A program made the position numbers and the translations under genes. A stretch of DNA of 64,000 nucleotides from the NCBI GenBank assembly GCA_013239625.1, contig MU053304.1, positions 2,790,001-2,854,000 of the forward strand, read 5' to 3'. This DNA is from Lama guanicoe (Eukaryota). Below are positions 13,336 through 26,111 of this stretch, one piece after another (the stretch's first letter is position 1; each line of letters opens with the position of its first letter). The notes under the pieces are model-generated. The model was not told the origin of the DNA. It searched no databases and was given only the letters and a program-made list of their open reading frames with translations.

Positions 13336-14023
13336 CAGGTCATTTGCTTCTATGCATGTACAACCCTAGAATCTTCTTTGTGCCTTAATTTCATCTTCTC
13401 TTAAAGACACTAGTCAGATTGGATTTGGTGCACAACTTAATGAAATCATTTAGCCTTAATTAAAGGTAAAGTTCTTATTTCCAAGTCTTGCTGATCCTGG
13501 ATAACTAGAAACCATTTGAGAGTCTAAACAATGGCTTCTAGATGTTTAAATCACCCTGTCTTCTCTTTGGGGGAACTTCTACACCCTGAAGCAAGAGCAG
13601 CCTTCAAGTATATTGGCATAAGATTGTTATGAAAGTCCCACACTTCCACTTCCAGGAAATAGCAAGATTATTTTCACCTTGGTCCCCAGGCAGGAAAGAA
13701 TCTTCCTGTTGTAAATGTTTAAATATTCTGGCATTTTCATAGGATCCAGGGAAATGTCCAGTCTATCCCCTTTGCTACACTAAGTAAGGGCAAATCAGGT
13801 CCTAAATAAGGAGGAAATCAAAGGCAATGTGAGAATAATATCATGTAGCATTTAGAGTTGTCAATAGTTCTTGTTCCAGAATTTGGGTTGAGTCATTCTC
13901 AGGAAAGACCTTCCAGTTGTCATTAGATATGATACAGAGATGCTGAAATTGAATTGGCAAGAGCATGGCCATGAGAGGCAAGACTCTTCACCAGTAAGAG
14001 GAAACCCATGCAGTCATCTGCTA

Positions 14024-14066
14024 TCTCTCTCTCTCTCTCAGACACACACACACACACACACACACA
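14024..14066. repeat. Compound (TC)n(CA)n microsatellite
   Basis: Read directly from the sequence. Confidence 0.95.
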
Positions 14067-15849
14067 ACCCTTTGAAAAAAAAGTGTTGTACTCAAAGTCT
14101 TGCACCTGCCTGGTGTTCAGATAACCAAATAGCCATCTAGTATCTCTAGATGAAACTTTACATCCTGTTAGAAAAAGTTGGGTGTGAGGGGCTTTCAAAG
14201 TCACTTAGTCAAATTACCTCCTTTTACACAAGATTAAACTGAAGATTGAAGAAGTTAAGTTCAGGGAGTTGCCCAAGGCCATAGAGCTCTATTCAATTAC
14301 CATTTCTAATGTGACTGAGACACATTGCAAAATACAGCAACATATACACCTACAGCAAAATTCCCAGAAGCTGTGTTCAGTTTTCTGGAAGAAAAGGAGA
14401 GAGAAAATTACAGGTAAACCAAGTATGTTAATGGTGTCCTCTTGGAGTCCAGACCTGAAGAATTTTCTTTTTCATTTTGTTTTACAAATACTTGTGAGTT
14501 CAAACATGATTGAAATGATTAACAATTCTAAAACATTATCAGCTAGTTATTTAGAAGTCAGGGACAGAAGGCAGCTAAAGGCAGAGCTGAGAGTAGAAGT
14601 AAAAAGTGCAGAACGGCTAGAAAGGTGAGGGAATTACTGAGAACAAGAGGAGAGAAATGGGAAGACCGAGCATGGCTTATCCACAATTTGCTTTAGGCTG
14701 AATGAGAGGTGTTTATCGCAATAATATACATTTTATAAGGTCGTTAAACAATCAAAACATTTTCTTTGAGCAGGGAAACAACCATAGATCATTTCTCCTG
14801 AGCACCTTTGATTTTCCTGTCATTTATTGATAACAAAATTACTTAATCCTAATTCAAATCAATTGCTCCAGGTCAGGGAACCTTGAGATGAAAGAGAAAT
14901 AAAAAACAGGCACTTGTTTTGTGGGATTTTGAGGAAAATCAATGACAGCCAGGAAGCCCACTGCCTCAGGGAAGCACCAATTATATGAAGTGGAAATGTA
15001 GGTAGTGAAGAGGTGATAAAAGGGCTTGAAGAATGCTCCTCTCTGTTCCTCCTTAGGGAAAAAAAATGATCTCTAATAATAATCATTTCTGTAGTCAGCA
15101 TTTATGGAGCCTTTAGTGTATGTCAGGCACTGTGGGAAACTCTTTTCCTGAATTATCTCATTTAGTCTTCACAGCTCTCCTATGAAGCAGCCAGAGGGAA
15201 ATTAAACCTCATGTCAAGAATCTAACAACGGGAAACCATGACACAGAAAAAGAAAGAAAGAGAATAAGCTCTTTCTCACTGAAGCCATAAAATTGCCTGA
15301 TTTTAGGAAATGGTTCCATGAACATTGTGAAGAAGCAAAAACACTCCATTCTCAGCAAGAAGAGGATTGATGAGCATCCAAAGTTGCTTGGGATCCTGTT
15401 TTCCGGTCACTAAGAAGAGATACTTCATAGAAGTCGGTTACTCTCTTGGAGATTTTGAAGAGGCTATTCTTAAAACTGTCATGAAACACATGTGGTACCA
15501 GCCCCACTGCAACTGCTAAAAATGTGTTACATAAATTAGGCTGGTTTTCTTCTTGTCCCTCCCACAGTGGGTTTCTCTTCTTCTCACCCTTTCTGTCATA
15601 AGAAATCTCTCCTTCCTTCTCTGTGCTTTCTGAAGTTTAGTTCATTAGCTTCTTGTGTCCTCAACCCTTTGAGGGATTTGGAAAACATATGATTATGTAG
15701 ATTATTCAACTTGCTTCAGTTGTCAGGCTGATGGCAGCATTCTCCTGCAATTTTATTTATCTGAACCAGGAACTCTTTTCCCCCATCATGGTATTTTCAT
15801 GGCATCATTACTGTGTGTATTACATAATACTTATCAAGTGTATTTCTCT

Positions 15850-16900
15850 AGGAGGTGTATCATTTTTGCTACATTTAAGAATGTCTTTTGGTATTTAAGA
15901 AGCTTTCTTTTTTATTCTAGTGGAAACCTTTGTATTTAAATCCTTTAGTGATCCTTAATCTCTAGTTTTAACTAGTAGACTTTGACTCCCACCTGTTAAC
16001 TAGAAAACAGTCAATGATTTTATTCTACTTCTCCCTTCAATTTCACTTTCACTTTTCCTTCTATTTTTTGCTTGAATTCCTTCCAGTTTTTCAGAACATG
16101 TAATGTTTTCCTGGCTGTCTCCCACCCATGTCACCAACTTTGCTTTAGTCATGATTCTGCAACTACATAAGATTAAATCCTTTTGTCTTTGTGCTGATTT
16201 TCTCTAGCTATTTCTTGGTAGAATGAAACTCCTCATATAGTAGAATTCTTGGAAAAGGCTGATGTGTTTAGTATTCCTTGAGTTACTGCATATTTAAAGC
16301 TGCCTTTCTATAGCCTCAGTATTTAAAATACAGCTTGACTGGGATTGCATTCTTAGCTTATGCTCTCTTTCTTTGTGTATCTTGAAAACACTGCTCTGCT
16401 ATCCCCTTACTTTACATTTAGTTCTTGAGAAATCCAATGCCAGCCTAATTTTTCTTTTTTACCTTTATAAGCAGTTTGATATTTCTGCCTTAAAGCCCTG
16501 AGGATTCTTTATTCTTAGACTATGAGCTTTATTAAGAAAAGTCTTATGTTTTTTTCTCCAAGTCAATTTTCTCAGATAAGCTCTTTCAATATCTTATTTC
16601 CAAAACAAGTTTTATTGGATTATAGCTTTGAATACTAGTTCTAATCTATTTTGTATTTGCTCACCTGTTTTTCTTCTTCAAGGACTCCATTTTCAAGTGT
16701 GTTGGAACCTCTTTTTCTGGCTTCCATTCTAGCCACTTTTTCTCTGATTTGTTTCTCTCTTTATCCAATTTTTATTCTCCTAGCTCTTTTTAATATATTT
16801 CTTTGATATCCTTACTAACTTGTGCTTGGAATTTGTTTTTCTTTGAGCCTTATATTTCTGATAGTTTGCTTTCTTTTAATATTTTTTTCAAATTATTTCT
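15850..16900 (-). mobile_element. Ancient L1 (L1ME/HAL1-like) fragment
   Basis: T-rich strand with motifs such as gagaaatccaatgccagcctaattttt, typical of old L1 sequence in reverse. Confidence 0.5.
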
Positions 16901-18149
16901 TATAAGCCCTCTAAGAGCCCCCTGAAACAAAGGGAAATGTAAAAGAAAGAGTGGAAAGAAATAGAAGACTTAATAAATTGAAGTTAAAATATTTTACTTT
17001 TACTAAGTTTATACCAAATATGACATTATCAACCTCTACAAGGATGTGAAAAAGACCGTTAATGAGAGAAGCCCTCAAGGCTAAGATTTGCTAGCATCAC
17101 AGTAATTTCACCTTTGGATCAACTGATTGCCAACCACATACAGAGTGCTTTGCATTCATTATCTCATCTGATAATATTATGCAACGCTGAGAGAGCAATT
17201 ATTTCCGATAAATAGGGCTATAGTCCCCATTTTATGATGAGGAAAATGAGGCAACAAATGGTAAATCCCAAGTTCCAAACTTTGGGTTAGAGTGCAGTGC
17301 CCCATTACTGGAAGTTCTGTGTGTCTTCAGCAACTCTTCTCTGATGTCTCTCTGAATCAGACTTGAAATCACACCCACTTTATCCACTTGCACCTCATTC
17401 ACTTTTTTCTGCCCTATGTGCCTCCAACTCCCACATACTTTCCATCAACATTTAAAATTTTTTTTTCTAGACACATGCATTGATTGGTGTGCCTCTGGTT
17501 CTAGTTCAATTTCTACCTTACAGATTTTGTTGCAATTCCTTGAAACAGAAAACACATAAGACTTCCACCTTCATGGCCTTCCTAGTCACCTCAAATGTTC
17601 ACAGCACACTCATACCAGAGCTGTAAGAAATGATGAAAATACCATTGGAGCTAGCAACTCCTCAGCATCTCCCCCTATCCTGAACCTCCTTGCTCACTGA
17701 CTCCCTCTGTCTGTGAATATAGAGGCTGAAGAAGAGAGGGAGAGGCGTCAAGGATGACAGCTACATTGTTATTTTGAACTACTGGGTACCTGCGGCATCA
17801 TCTTCTGAGAAGTGGAAGGTTGAAGAAGGCAGCTTTCGGGGTGTTGGAAGTCACTTAGTGCCAGCACCTTCTCTTTAAAATGGAAATATCAAATATGCCA
17901 AAAGTTAAGACAGGTATCTTGCAAGGATGAATACTTACAGCAAGATTTAATTTCATGCTTACTGGATGAGAAAAACAAAGAATTAAGTACTGAATTTTGA
18001 TGCCTTCAATAATCATAGCAACTTAATATTTTTAATGAAGAAGAACATGGCAAAGGAGTTTTAATAATTTGACTTTTATCAATGCATTTATTTGTACGTA
18101 CAGACATTTATTTGATCATAGTTGGCTTTGGTTTGTTTGTTTGTCAGTT

Positions 18150-18285
18150 TCTCAAACTAGGACATAAACTCCATAGAGAAATGAATCATGATTTCTTTGT
18201 TTACTGATGTATCCACAGTACCAACTGCAGTGCATCTGCACATATTAGACACTGTTAACTATATTGAGTGAGAGAATAAAACAAT
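18150..18285 (+). mobile_element. L2 3' end
   Basis: cataaactccatagag...tttgtttactgatgtatccacagtacc...cacatattagacactg...gaataaa. Confidence 0.6.
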
Positions 18286-18969
18286 GACTTCAGCTATCAA
18301 ATGTTATAAGAAATATAAATATTTATCAAAATAGATTGGATGCTGTATTATTTTATATTGATATCTGTAAGCATTTTTATTACTGAAATTAGCATTTAAA
18401 TTAAAAAGTCCGTTCTCAGCAGCAAAGTTATCATTCTTTTCTATAGCTCTCTTTATACTTACATATGCATGCACAGTAAGAGAGGCTGTTGAATTGCTTG
18501 GTGGCTGGAATAGTTTTGAAAACTCCTATTTCATTGTGCTTGGCTCCAGCTCCCATCCTTTGGGAAGCATGGAGAGGTAACAGGAATGTAGACATGGAGA
18601 ACAACAGGACAACATATGGTTCTTGCTGAAACCTGATGCTGGCAGCATCTTTTGCTCATGAATATTAAACCACTTCTAGTCTTCTTGAGGATTTTGACCC
18701 AGATACCTATAACATCTGCAGCAACATTGCTGTGTTTCCATGTGAAGCAATTAGGTCTGGAGAAAATGGAGCCTTTTTAGTACATTAGTGCAACAGCTTA
18801 TAAATTCTTTCAGATAATGTATGGGCTGTTTTCAGTTGCCACATTCCTCTTTTCTAGAACTTCTAGAAATACCTAGAAGATGTTAAAAAAAAAACACAGA
18901 TACTTTTAGCCCAAGTTTAATTATTTTTTTTAATTACAAAAAAAAAAAACCTCTATATGAATAAGCTCC

Positions 18970-19431
18970 TGTGGTAGGCTAAATAATGGTCCCCAAAGTG
19001 TTCTTGTCTTGATCCCCAAAACCTATGTATATGTTACCTTATGTGGCAAAAGGGACTTTTCCGATATGAGTGAGTTAAGGACCTTGAGATGGACGGATTA
19101 TCCTAAATTACCTGGGTGGGCTCAAAATGTAATCACTGGGTTCTTATGAGAAAGGCAAGAAGGTCAAATGAAGGAGAAGTCTATGTCAAACAGAAGCAGA
19201 GGCCAGAATCATGAGGCCACAAGCCAAGGAAGGCCTCTAGTACCTGCAGGAGGCAAGGAATGGCTTCAGATTCTACCCCCGGAGCCTCCAGGAAGACCAA
19301 GCCCTGTTGACACCAACATTTTAGCCTCATGAGATTCTTATCAGACTTTTGATCTTCAGAATTATTAAAGAATGAATGTATGTTGTTTTAAGCCACTAAA
19401 TTTGTTACAGCAGCAATAGGAAGCTAAGACA
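18970..19431 (+). mobile_element. MaLR solo LTR (MLT1C/D-like)
   Basis: tgtggtaggctaaataatggtccccaaag...ttttaagccactaaatttgttacagcagcaataggaagctaagaca. Confidence 0.85.
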
Positions 19432-19966
19432 TTTGCAATATAAATTGCAAACTTATAATGAAAACTGATCATTGCCTTCTCATCCTTGAAGCCAACTGCC
19501 TTCTCTCTTTGCTCCACTAGCCCACCCCCTGGGTTCTTATGCCACTTATTTCTACCCCTTGAAAAATCAGTGGGCTATCCTGGGCTGGGAAGTGGGTTTA
19601 TTCAACCAAAGGCTCTACAACAGTGAAAATTGCTAGCTTCTTAAGGGTGCTTCAGGTGTTCACCATATTGCTCTCTTTTCTAAACCATATTCTATAATGC
19701 CAATAATGCAATTTTTCATCCCCTACCTGGTGCTTTTTTCCTGCAGATGTCTTGCAAACAGTCCTTTGCTCACTCAGTCTGCCATTAATTTCTGACAGTA
19801 TGTTATTTCTTTTTCTTACAGTATTTATTTCTTTTACAACTGTACTGTATGCATACTTGGGATGAAAATTAAAACCTATCCTGACAGTTATATCTAAGAT
19901 CTTAATGACTTTTAAACATTAAAATCCCTGAATCTGAAGTGTTTCAGGAATATAATGATTTAGTGG

Positions 19967-20458
19967 TATATCATATTCTTATGACTACTGTAACAAACAC
20001 CATGAATTTATTATCTTTACAATTCTGACAGTCAGAAGTCCAAAGTGAGTCTCCCTGGGCAAAAATCAAGATATTGAAGAAGCAGTGTTGCTTCTGGAGG
20101 CCTTAGGGGCGAATCCATTTCCTTGTCTTTTCCAGATTCTAGTGGGCATCTGCATTCCTTGGCTCATGGCCCCTTCCTCCACCTTCAAAGCCAGCATTTC
20201 AGCATCTTCAAGTCTTTCTCTGACTCCCTCTCTTCTGCCTCTTCCTAATACTTGTAAGAATCCATATGATTTCATTGGACCCCCTGGGATAATCCAGGAT
20301 AATTCAACTATCTCAAGGTTAGATAAACAGCAACCTTGATTCCATTGCGAACTTAATTCTCTTTTGCTATATAATCTAGTGTATGCACTGTTTCCAAGGA
20401 TCAGCACATGGACATCTTTTTTCGGGGGGTGGGGAGGGTCAACATTCTGCCTGTCAGA
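19967..20458 (-). mobile_element. MaLR solo LTR (MLT1D-like)
   Basis: ctgtaacaaacacca...cagaagtccaaa...cccttcctccaccttcaaagccagca...gataatccaggataat...attctgcctgtca. Confidence 0.85.
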
Positions 20459-22990
20459 ATTAATAAGAACATTTACTGGGATTCTAGCCATATCCTGACA
20501 CTGCCTAGCTGTGGAAACTTTGAAAAGTTAGCCTTTGTCTCTGTCTCCCTTTTTTTTTTTTTCCCCATTTGGGAAATTACAGTTCTGAGCTAGCAACTTC
20601 TAAGCTCTTACTCCGGATGAACCATTGCAAGTATATTTGTTTTTAAAAAGATGTCAAAAATCTAAAGCAGATTCCAAGCTATAAACAAAATCTGTATGGA
20701 GGAAAAGTCAGATTACAAAATATTCTGAAGTCTTACAAGGGGCATTCCTCTTTACTTGTAACTAGAAGTCTAGAAGAAGCCTCTTTCGAATGACAAGCTC
20801 TGTGAAAATGTGAAACACACGTCCATTAGAGCTAATAGCCGGTATCTTTTAAGCTATAGAAATACATTCTTATCATCATAAGCAACCAACAATGAAAACA
20901 ATAACCAAATCATCCCAAGTTCCAATCACTGTACACATGTCAGCATAGAAAGTATTTTCCACATCACGAGGGGTTGAAAACACTGCACAGAGCTCTTTCA
21001 GAACTGCCCCATAAAAGCAAACAGCCATATAACAAATTTCTCTTTCTCTCCAAAGTCTCTCTTAATGCCCACCTCACAACATTGCTGCCAGGATTACATT
21101 TTCTATTTATAGGTAAAGAAACAAGCTCAAAAACATTATGAGGTTTGGCCAAGGTGACCCAGCTAGTAAACAGTAAAGGAATAGAGCTAGATCTTCTACT
21201 TTCAGAACAACACTGTTTTTCTTCAGATGAACATCCCAAACATACTTCCCTCTTTCATTGAAATAAAGGAGAGATAAAAGAATAAAAACAGGTATCCATT
21301 GCATTGGTTGGTTAATAGAGGGCCTCAACTAACTATTTCATTGACAATAAATCTTCATTTTGTTTACAGATTCCTACTTCTGTTTTAAGCCTTAGTCACT
21401 CATTTCTACCATCTGCACAATTTGTACAAAAAGGCTGGTAAGGAATGATGAGAATGTACTCCACCAAGAGCCCTTTATGAGTTGAGAGATTCTTTGAACC
21501 CACATCCTTAAATGAGTTTGCGCTTATATGAGGACTCAATGTTCTAGGCCAATATATAAAATTATATTAAAAGATAGTATACAAGATGTAGTGGATGAGG
21601 AAGATAAGAACTGATATGAGATTTGAGCACCATGAAGCTTCTTTCTTTATACACAAACCTGACCAAAAGAAATAAGAAAAGAAACTAGGGAATAACTTTT
21701 AAATGTATTGTTTGCTTCCTGATACTGATTTTATTGCCAATCAGTACACAGGCTGAGCCTTAATCAGAAGTGAAAGAACAGCCCCCTGCTCCTCCCTACA
21801 CCACCAGGATAACAGGTGTAGAATAACAAGGAACAGTGGAATACTGCTTGGGTAATTGCAAGAGCAAAGGGGTGGATCAGGGAGGGCACCGCACAGAGGG
21901 AAAATGTGAAGATTAAAGTGGAATAGACACAGAGTGAAGCCATCTGGTAAACCAGCCCATGCCCTAAGCACAGGGCAGCACCTCGGGGGTCTGAAGACTA
22001 TGAGTTCCTCATCAAGGACAGTGGCAGAGGATGGAGCAGAGTCTGCAGGACAGGGCCAGCTCTCTCTTCACTGGACAAGTTCTCTCACGGAACTTGGAGG
22101 CATACAAGAATCTGGCCTCCCAGCTATTATGAAGATGCTTTCATCAAATAAAGAGGTAAAAATACGTTTTATTCCAAGCTTCTTAATTTGCCATTGGAAC
22201 TGAAGACCTGTGGGCTCCATCGGTGCTCTTTCCACAGGTACACCAAATGTCACCAGTGTGCCTGGCGGGGTGGTGGATGTACCCAGCATCATTCAGCATG
22301 TTAGACATAGGGGGACAAGATCTCCCAGTTTCTGATCTCTCGGTTCTTGCTTTGTGTTTTTTGTACAGCGCTATTTACTTTCCCAAAATTCACCTCGCCT
22401 ATTTTCAATACAAGCGTAATGCATGATTTTCTTTCAAATAATCGTTTCAAAGAGAAGATTTGAAAAATCAACAAAGGCCGTATTTTTCATATGGCTTATG
22501 AAACATCTGTAAAATAGTATACTAAATCCAGCAAAGAAAGGGACAATAAATGACCCTGTGTCCATTTGTTGAACTTTCAGTATAGAAGTTTTAATTACTC
22601 TGTATAAATAAAATGAAAAGTTTACAATTGCATAAGTACACAAGCATTTTTCACCATATTTTCTGTATATATCAGTATCAAACCTGCACATTTTTTTCTG
22701 ACTTAGTCCATAATATCATGTGATAATTATGTCACAAACATGAGGTTTTTGCTACTCACTGCAAGAAGCACCCTTAGTTATTCCACATGTATTTGTTTTT
22801 CTAATATTTGAAAGTGAAAAAGAGTTAAACATTCAAAGTACATGTAATTCATACAAGAAATACAGCATTCCAGAAGGTAAGAAAACAATCTCTTCCTTAT
22901 GAGAATGAGTAATTCAAAACCACATTCCCCAAAGTGATTTATAAATTCAGTGTAATCCTAATTATAATTCCAGGAAAAAAAATTTGTAGG

Positions 22991-23418
22991 TGTGAGCTGG
23001 CCTTGAGACGAGTTAAGGCCGTGGGACCCAAGGCCATGGCCAGAGCCTTGAGATAAGTTAAGGCTGTGGGACCCAAGGCCACGACTACAGTGCATGTTTG
23101 TAGTATGCAGTAAATAATTGCTCCACGCATGCGTCAATTATATAAGATTTAGAACAAAGAAAATAGAAGTACGCATGTGCTAGAGATATTCTGTAACCCT
23201 AATGAACAAAGAAACTCAGACCACGCATGTGCTGACAAAAAACAGATAAAAGCAGGACAGGTGCATCATAGGTGCGCACCTCCCTGTGACAATAAAGTGT
23301 TGTTAACCCCATGGTGTCTCCGGCTGAAGTCTGTCCGGCAGTATGACAACTCCTTGTACATTTTTTCGTTTGGGCCGCTCACCTCCTAGAACCCCACATC
23401 AGCCTCCCTCGGCTGACA
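22991..23418 (+). mobile_element. Young-looking solo ERV LTR (428 bp), family not recognised, perfect 5-bp TSD GTAGG
   Basis: Termini TGTGAGC...GCTGACA form an imperfect inverted repeat. GTAGG at 22986-22990 and 23419-23423. TATATAA at 23139, GATAAAA at 23245, AATAAA at 23291, internal tandem repeats and retained CpGs. Confidence 0.85.
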
Positions 23419-23427
23419 GTAGGTATC

Positions 23428-23769
23428 TGTTATGAACTGAATGCCTATGTCCTCTCAAAATGTGTATGTTGAAGCTTCACCTCCAATGTGACTGTATTTG
23501 GAATAAGGGTCTTTATGGTGGTAATCAAGGTTAAATGAGGTCGTAAGAGTCGGGCCTTGATCCAACAGGACTAGTGTCCTTATAAGAAGAGGTAAGAGAG
23601 AGCTTGATATCTCTTTTTTCCTCTCTGTCTCCATGCCATGTAAGGACACAAATAGGTCAGCCCCTTGATTTGGACTTTCTAGTCTCCAGAACTGTGACAA
23701 ATAAATTTTTGTTGTTTTAACCATGCAGCTTTTGGTATTTTGATATGACAGCCTGAGCCAACTAGCACA
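23428..23769 (+). mobile_element. MaLR solo LTR (MLT1A/B-like)
   Basis: tgttatgaactgaatg...ggttaaatgaggtcgtaagagtcgggcc...actttctagtctccagaactgtg...actagcaca. Near-TSD GTATC/ATATC. Confidence 0.85.
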
Positions 23770-25169
23770 ATATCAACAAGATAACTCCAAAAATTTGTAT
23801 GGAAGCAAAGAAACTAAAATAAAGCAACAAAAGTACTTTGGATAAAGAACAGTGTTAAAGGACTCACACTAAACTTATTATTTTAAGACTTGTTATAAAA
23901 TTGCAGTAATCAAGACTGCATTGTACTGACAAAAGGATAGTCACATAAATCAATGGAGCAGAAATAGAAAGTCCAAAAATAGACATACATGAATACGGCC
24001 AATAGATTGTTGACAAAGGTACAAAAGCAATTCAATGGAGAAAAGATATTCTTTCAAACATATTGTGCTGGAACAATGGGATGGCCATATTGAAAAAAAA
24101 TTAACATTGACCACTAGCCTACTCTTTATACAAAGATTAGCTCAAAATAGGTTGTAGACCTAAATGTAATGCAATTGTAAAACTTTTAGGGAAAAAAATA
24201 AGAACACTGGGCTAGGGAAACAGTTCTTAAATACGACTCCAAAATCATAGTGCATAAAATTTAAAAACTGATCATTTATAATTCATGAAAGTGAAAAACT
24301 CTGTGTAAAAAATGTCTGTTAAGAGAACAAAAATACAACCTATAAACTGGGAGAAAATATTTGTTAACCATACATCTGACAAAGTATTATACTCAGAATG
24401 TGTATGTGTTTATTTAAACTCAACAATGTTTCAACAAAAAAAAAACCAACAAACAAAAACGGGCAAAATATTTGAACAGACATATCACTAAATTAGTATG
24501 GATGGCAAAGAAACATAGGAAAGGTGTCTAACACCATTTCACTACTTAAATGTAGATTAAAACCATGTTAACCATGTTAACATACCACTACACACTCATT
24601 AGAATGGCTAAAATAAAGCAAAGTTGACACCACTAAGTATTGGTAAGAACGTGGAGAAATGAAACTCTCATATATTTCTAGCAGGAGTGCAAAATGGTAT
24701 GATCACTTTGAAGAAAGTATGGCATTTTCTTAGAAGGTCAAGCATGAACATACCATATGACCCAGAAGTCCCACTCTTAGAAATTTACTCCACAGAAATG
24801 AAAACTTACATTTAGACAAAAAAAAAAAGAGTGCCCATTTTATAATAGCAATATTCTTAATTGTCAGAAAAAAAAAACTAGAAAAAAATTGAGGGATGGT
24901 GAAGAGATCAGCGGTTGCCAGGGATTAGAACTGGAAGGAAGGCTTGATGACAAAGGTCTGAAATAAATGAATAAGGACTGGGGGCGGGGAGCTGGGTTGA
25001 GAACTTCTCTGTATCCTGATTGAGGTGGTTGTTACCTGACTTGACACATTTGTCAAAACTCATGAAACTGTACACCCTCAGGAGAAAGTGAATTTTCCTG
25101 TACATACATACACTTAAAAATAAACTGTAGAAACGTACCTAAAAAAAACCAACCAAATCACAAAATATA

Positions 25170-25471
25170 ATCAGAATCCCCTTGTTTCTCACCAGTGTGC
25201 TGCTACCACCATAGATCAGGCAATTGCTTTCTTTCTTGCTCCTCTAGACTCTATTCCCATGTCCCAGATAGAATAAACTTTTAAAAACATAAGTCAGATT
25301 TCATTCCTCTACTCAAAACCCTCCAGACTCTCCATTTCATTTAGACTAAAACCAAAGTTCTTAAAATGGTCTACAAGGGACTTTATGGTTTTCTCTTCTC
25401 CACTTGCTCTCCTGGATGCTCCTGTGTCCTACCCTACTCTGGTTTCACGGACCTCCTTATTGACTCGCCTT

Positions 25472-25511
<40 letters not shown>

Positions 25512-25885
25512 CGATCATGGGTCCTTCGCTCTTGCCTCCACCTGGAACAACCTTCCCCAAATTTTCACTCCCATTCAGCCTTTCTTCAATGATCACCATC
25601 TCAAGAAGGACAATTCTGAACACTTATTTAATGCCCAAAGGTGCCCTTACCCAGTAATCACAATTCCCCTGTTCAACTTTTTCCCCCTAGCACTTACCAT
25701 CTTCCATGAAACTCATTTATCTATTTCTATATGTGTTGATCATCTGTATCCTAATACTAAGATGTAAGGAACAAGAGGACAAGAGTTTTGGCACATTTTA
25801 TTTACTGACATAACCAAAGAACCTAAAAAACTATTCTGCTATTTAATAAGGGCTTGATAACTATTTGTGGAACAAATAAATAATT
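25170..25885 (+). mobile_element. L2a 3' region containing a (CA)n microsatellite at about 25473-25508
   Basis: aaaacataagtcagatttcattcctctactcaaaaccctcca...cctggaacaaccttcccc...tagcacttaccat...ataactatttgtggaacaaataaa. Confidence 0.75.
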
Positions 25886-25947
25886 GAAAGCTATGAAAGT
25901 TCACAGGGCTTACTGGGAACTCTAAGAATGTATAGAATAATCCTTTA

Positions 25948-26111
25948 TTTATTTATTTATTTATTTAACATTTTTTATTGATTTATAATCATTTTACAAT
26001 GTGTATATTTCCCTGTGCTATACAGTGTAATCTTGTTTATCTATTCTACAATTTTGAAATCCCAGTCTATCCCTTCCCACTCTCCATCCCCCTGGAAACC
26101 ACAAGTCTGTA
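25948..26111 (-). mobile_element. Short young L1 3' end with internal deletion, (TTTA)n tail and 14-bp TSD
   Basis: Homologous to the reverse complement of the 3' UTR in 9085-9696. TSD AGAATAATCCTTTA (25934-25947) and AGAAGAATCCTTTA (26112-26125). Confidence 0.8.

Larger units (their letters stand above)
22935..25125 (+). mobile_element. Old L1 (L1MC/MD/ME-like) ORF2 3' part plus 3' UTR, interrupted by two LTRs
   Basis: ORF2-like motifs (ttgacaaaggtacaaaagcaattcaatggagaaaaga; actgggagaaaatatttg; ataccactacacactcattagaatggctaaaat) and an old-type 3' UTR (gtcaaaactcatgaaactgtacac). L1 sequence continues across the inserts at 22991-23769. Confidence 0.8.

Noticed and set aside
20066..20491. 141-aa minus-strand ORF
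   Set aside because: Lies almost entirely within an MLT1D LTR.
23000..23081. CRISPR-like direct repeats (37 bp)
   Set aside because: Only two units with an 8-bp spacer, inside a mammalian LTR, with no cas genes.
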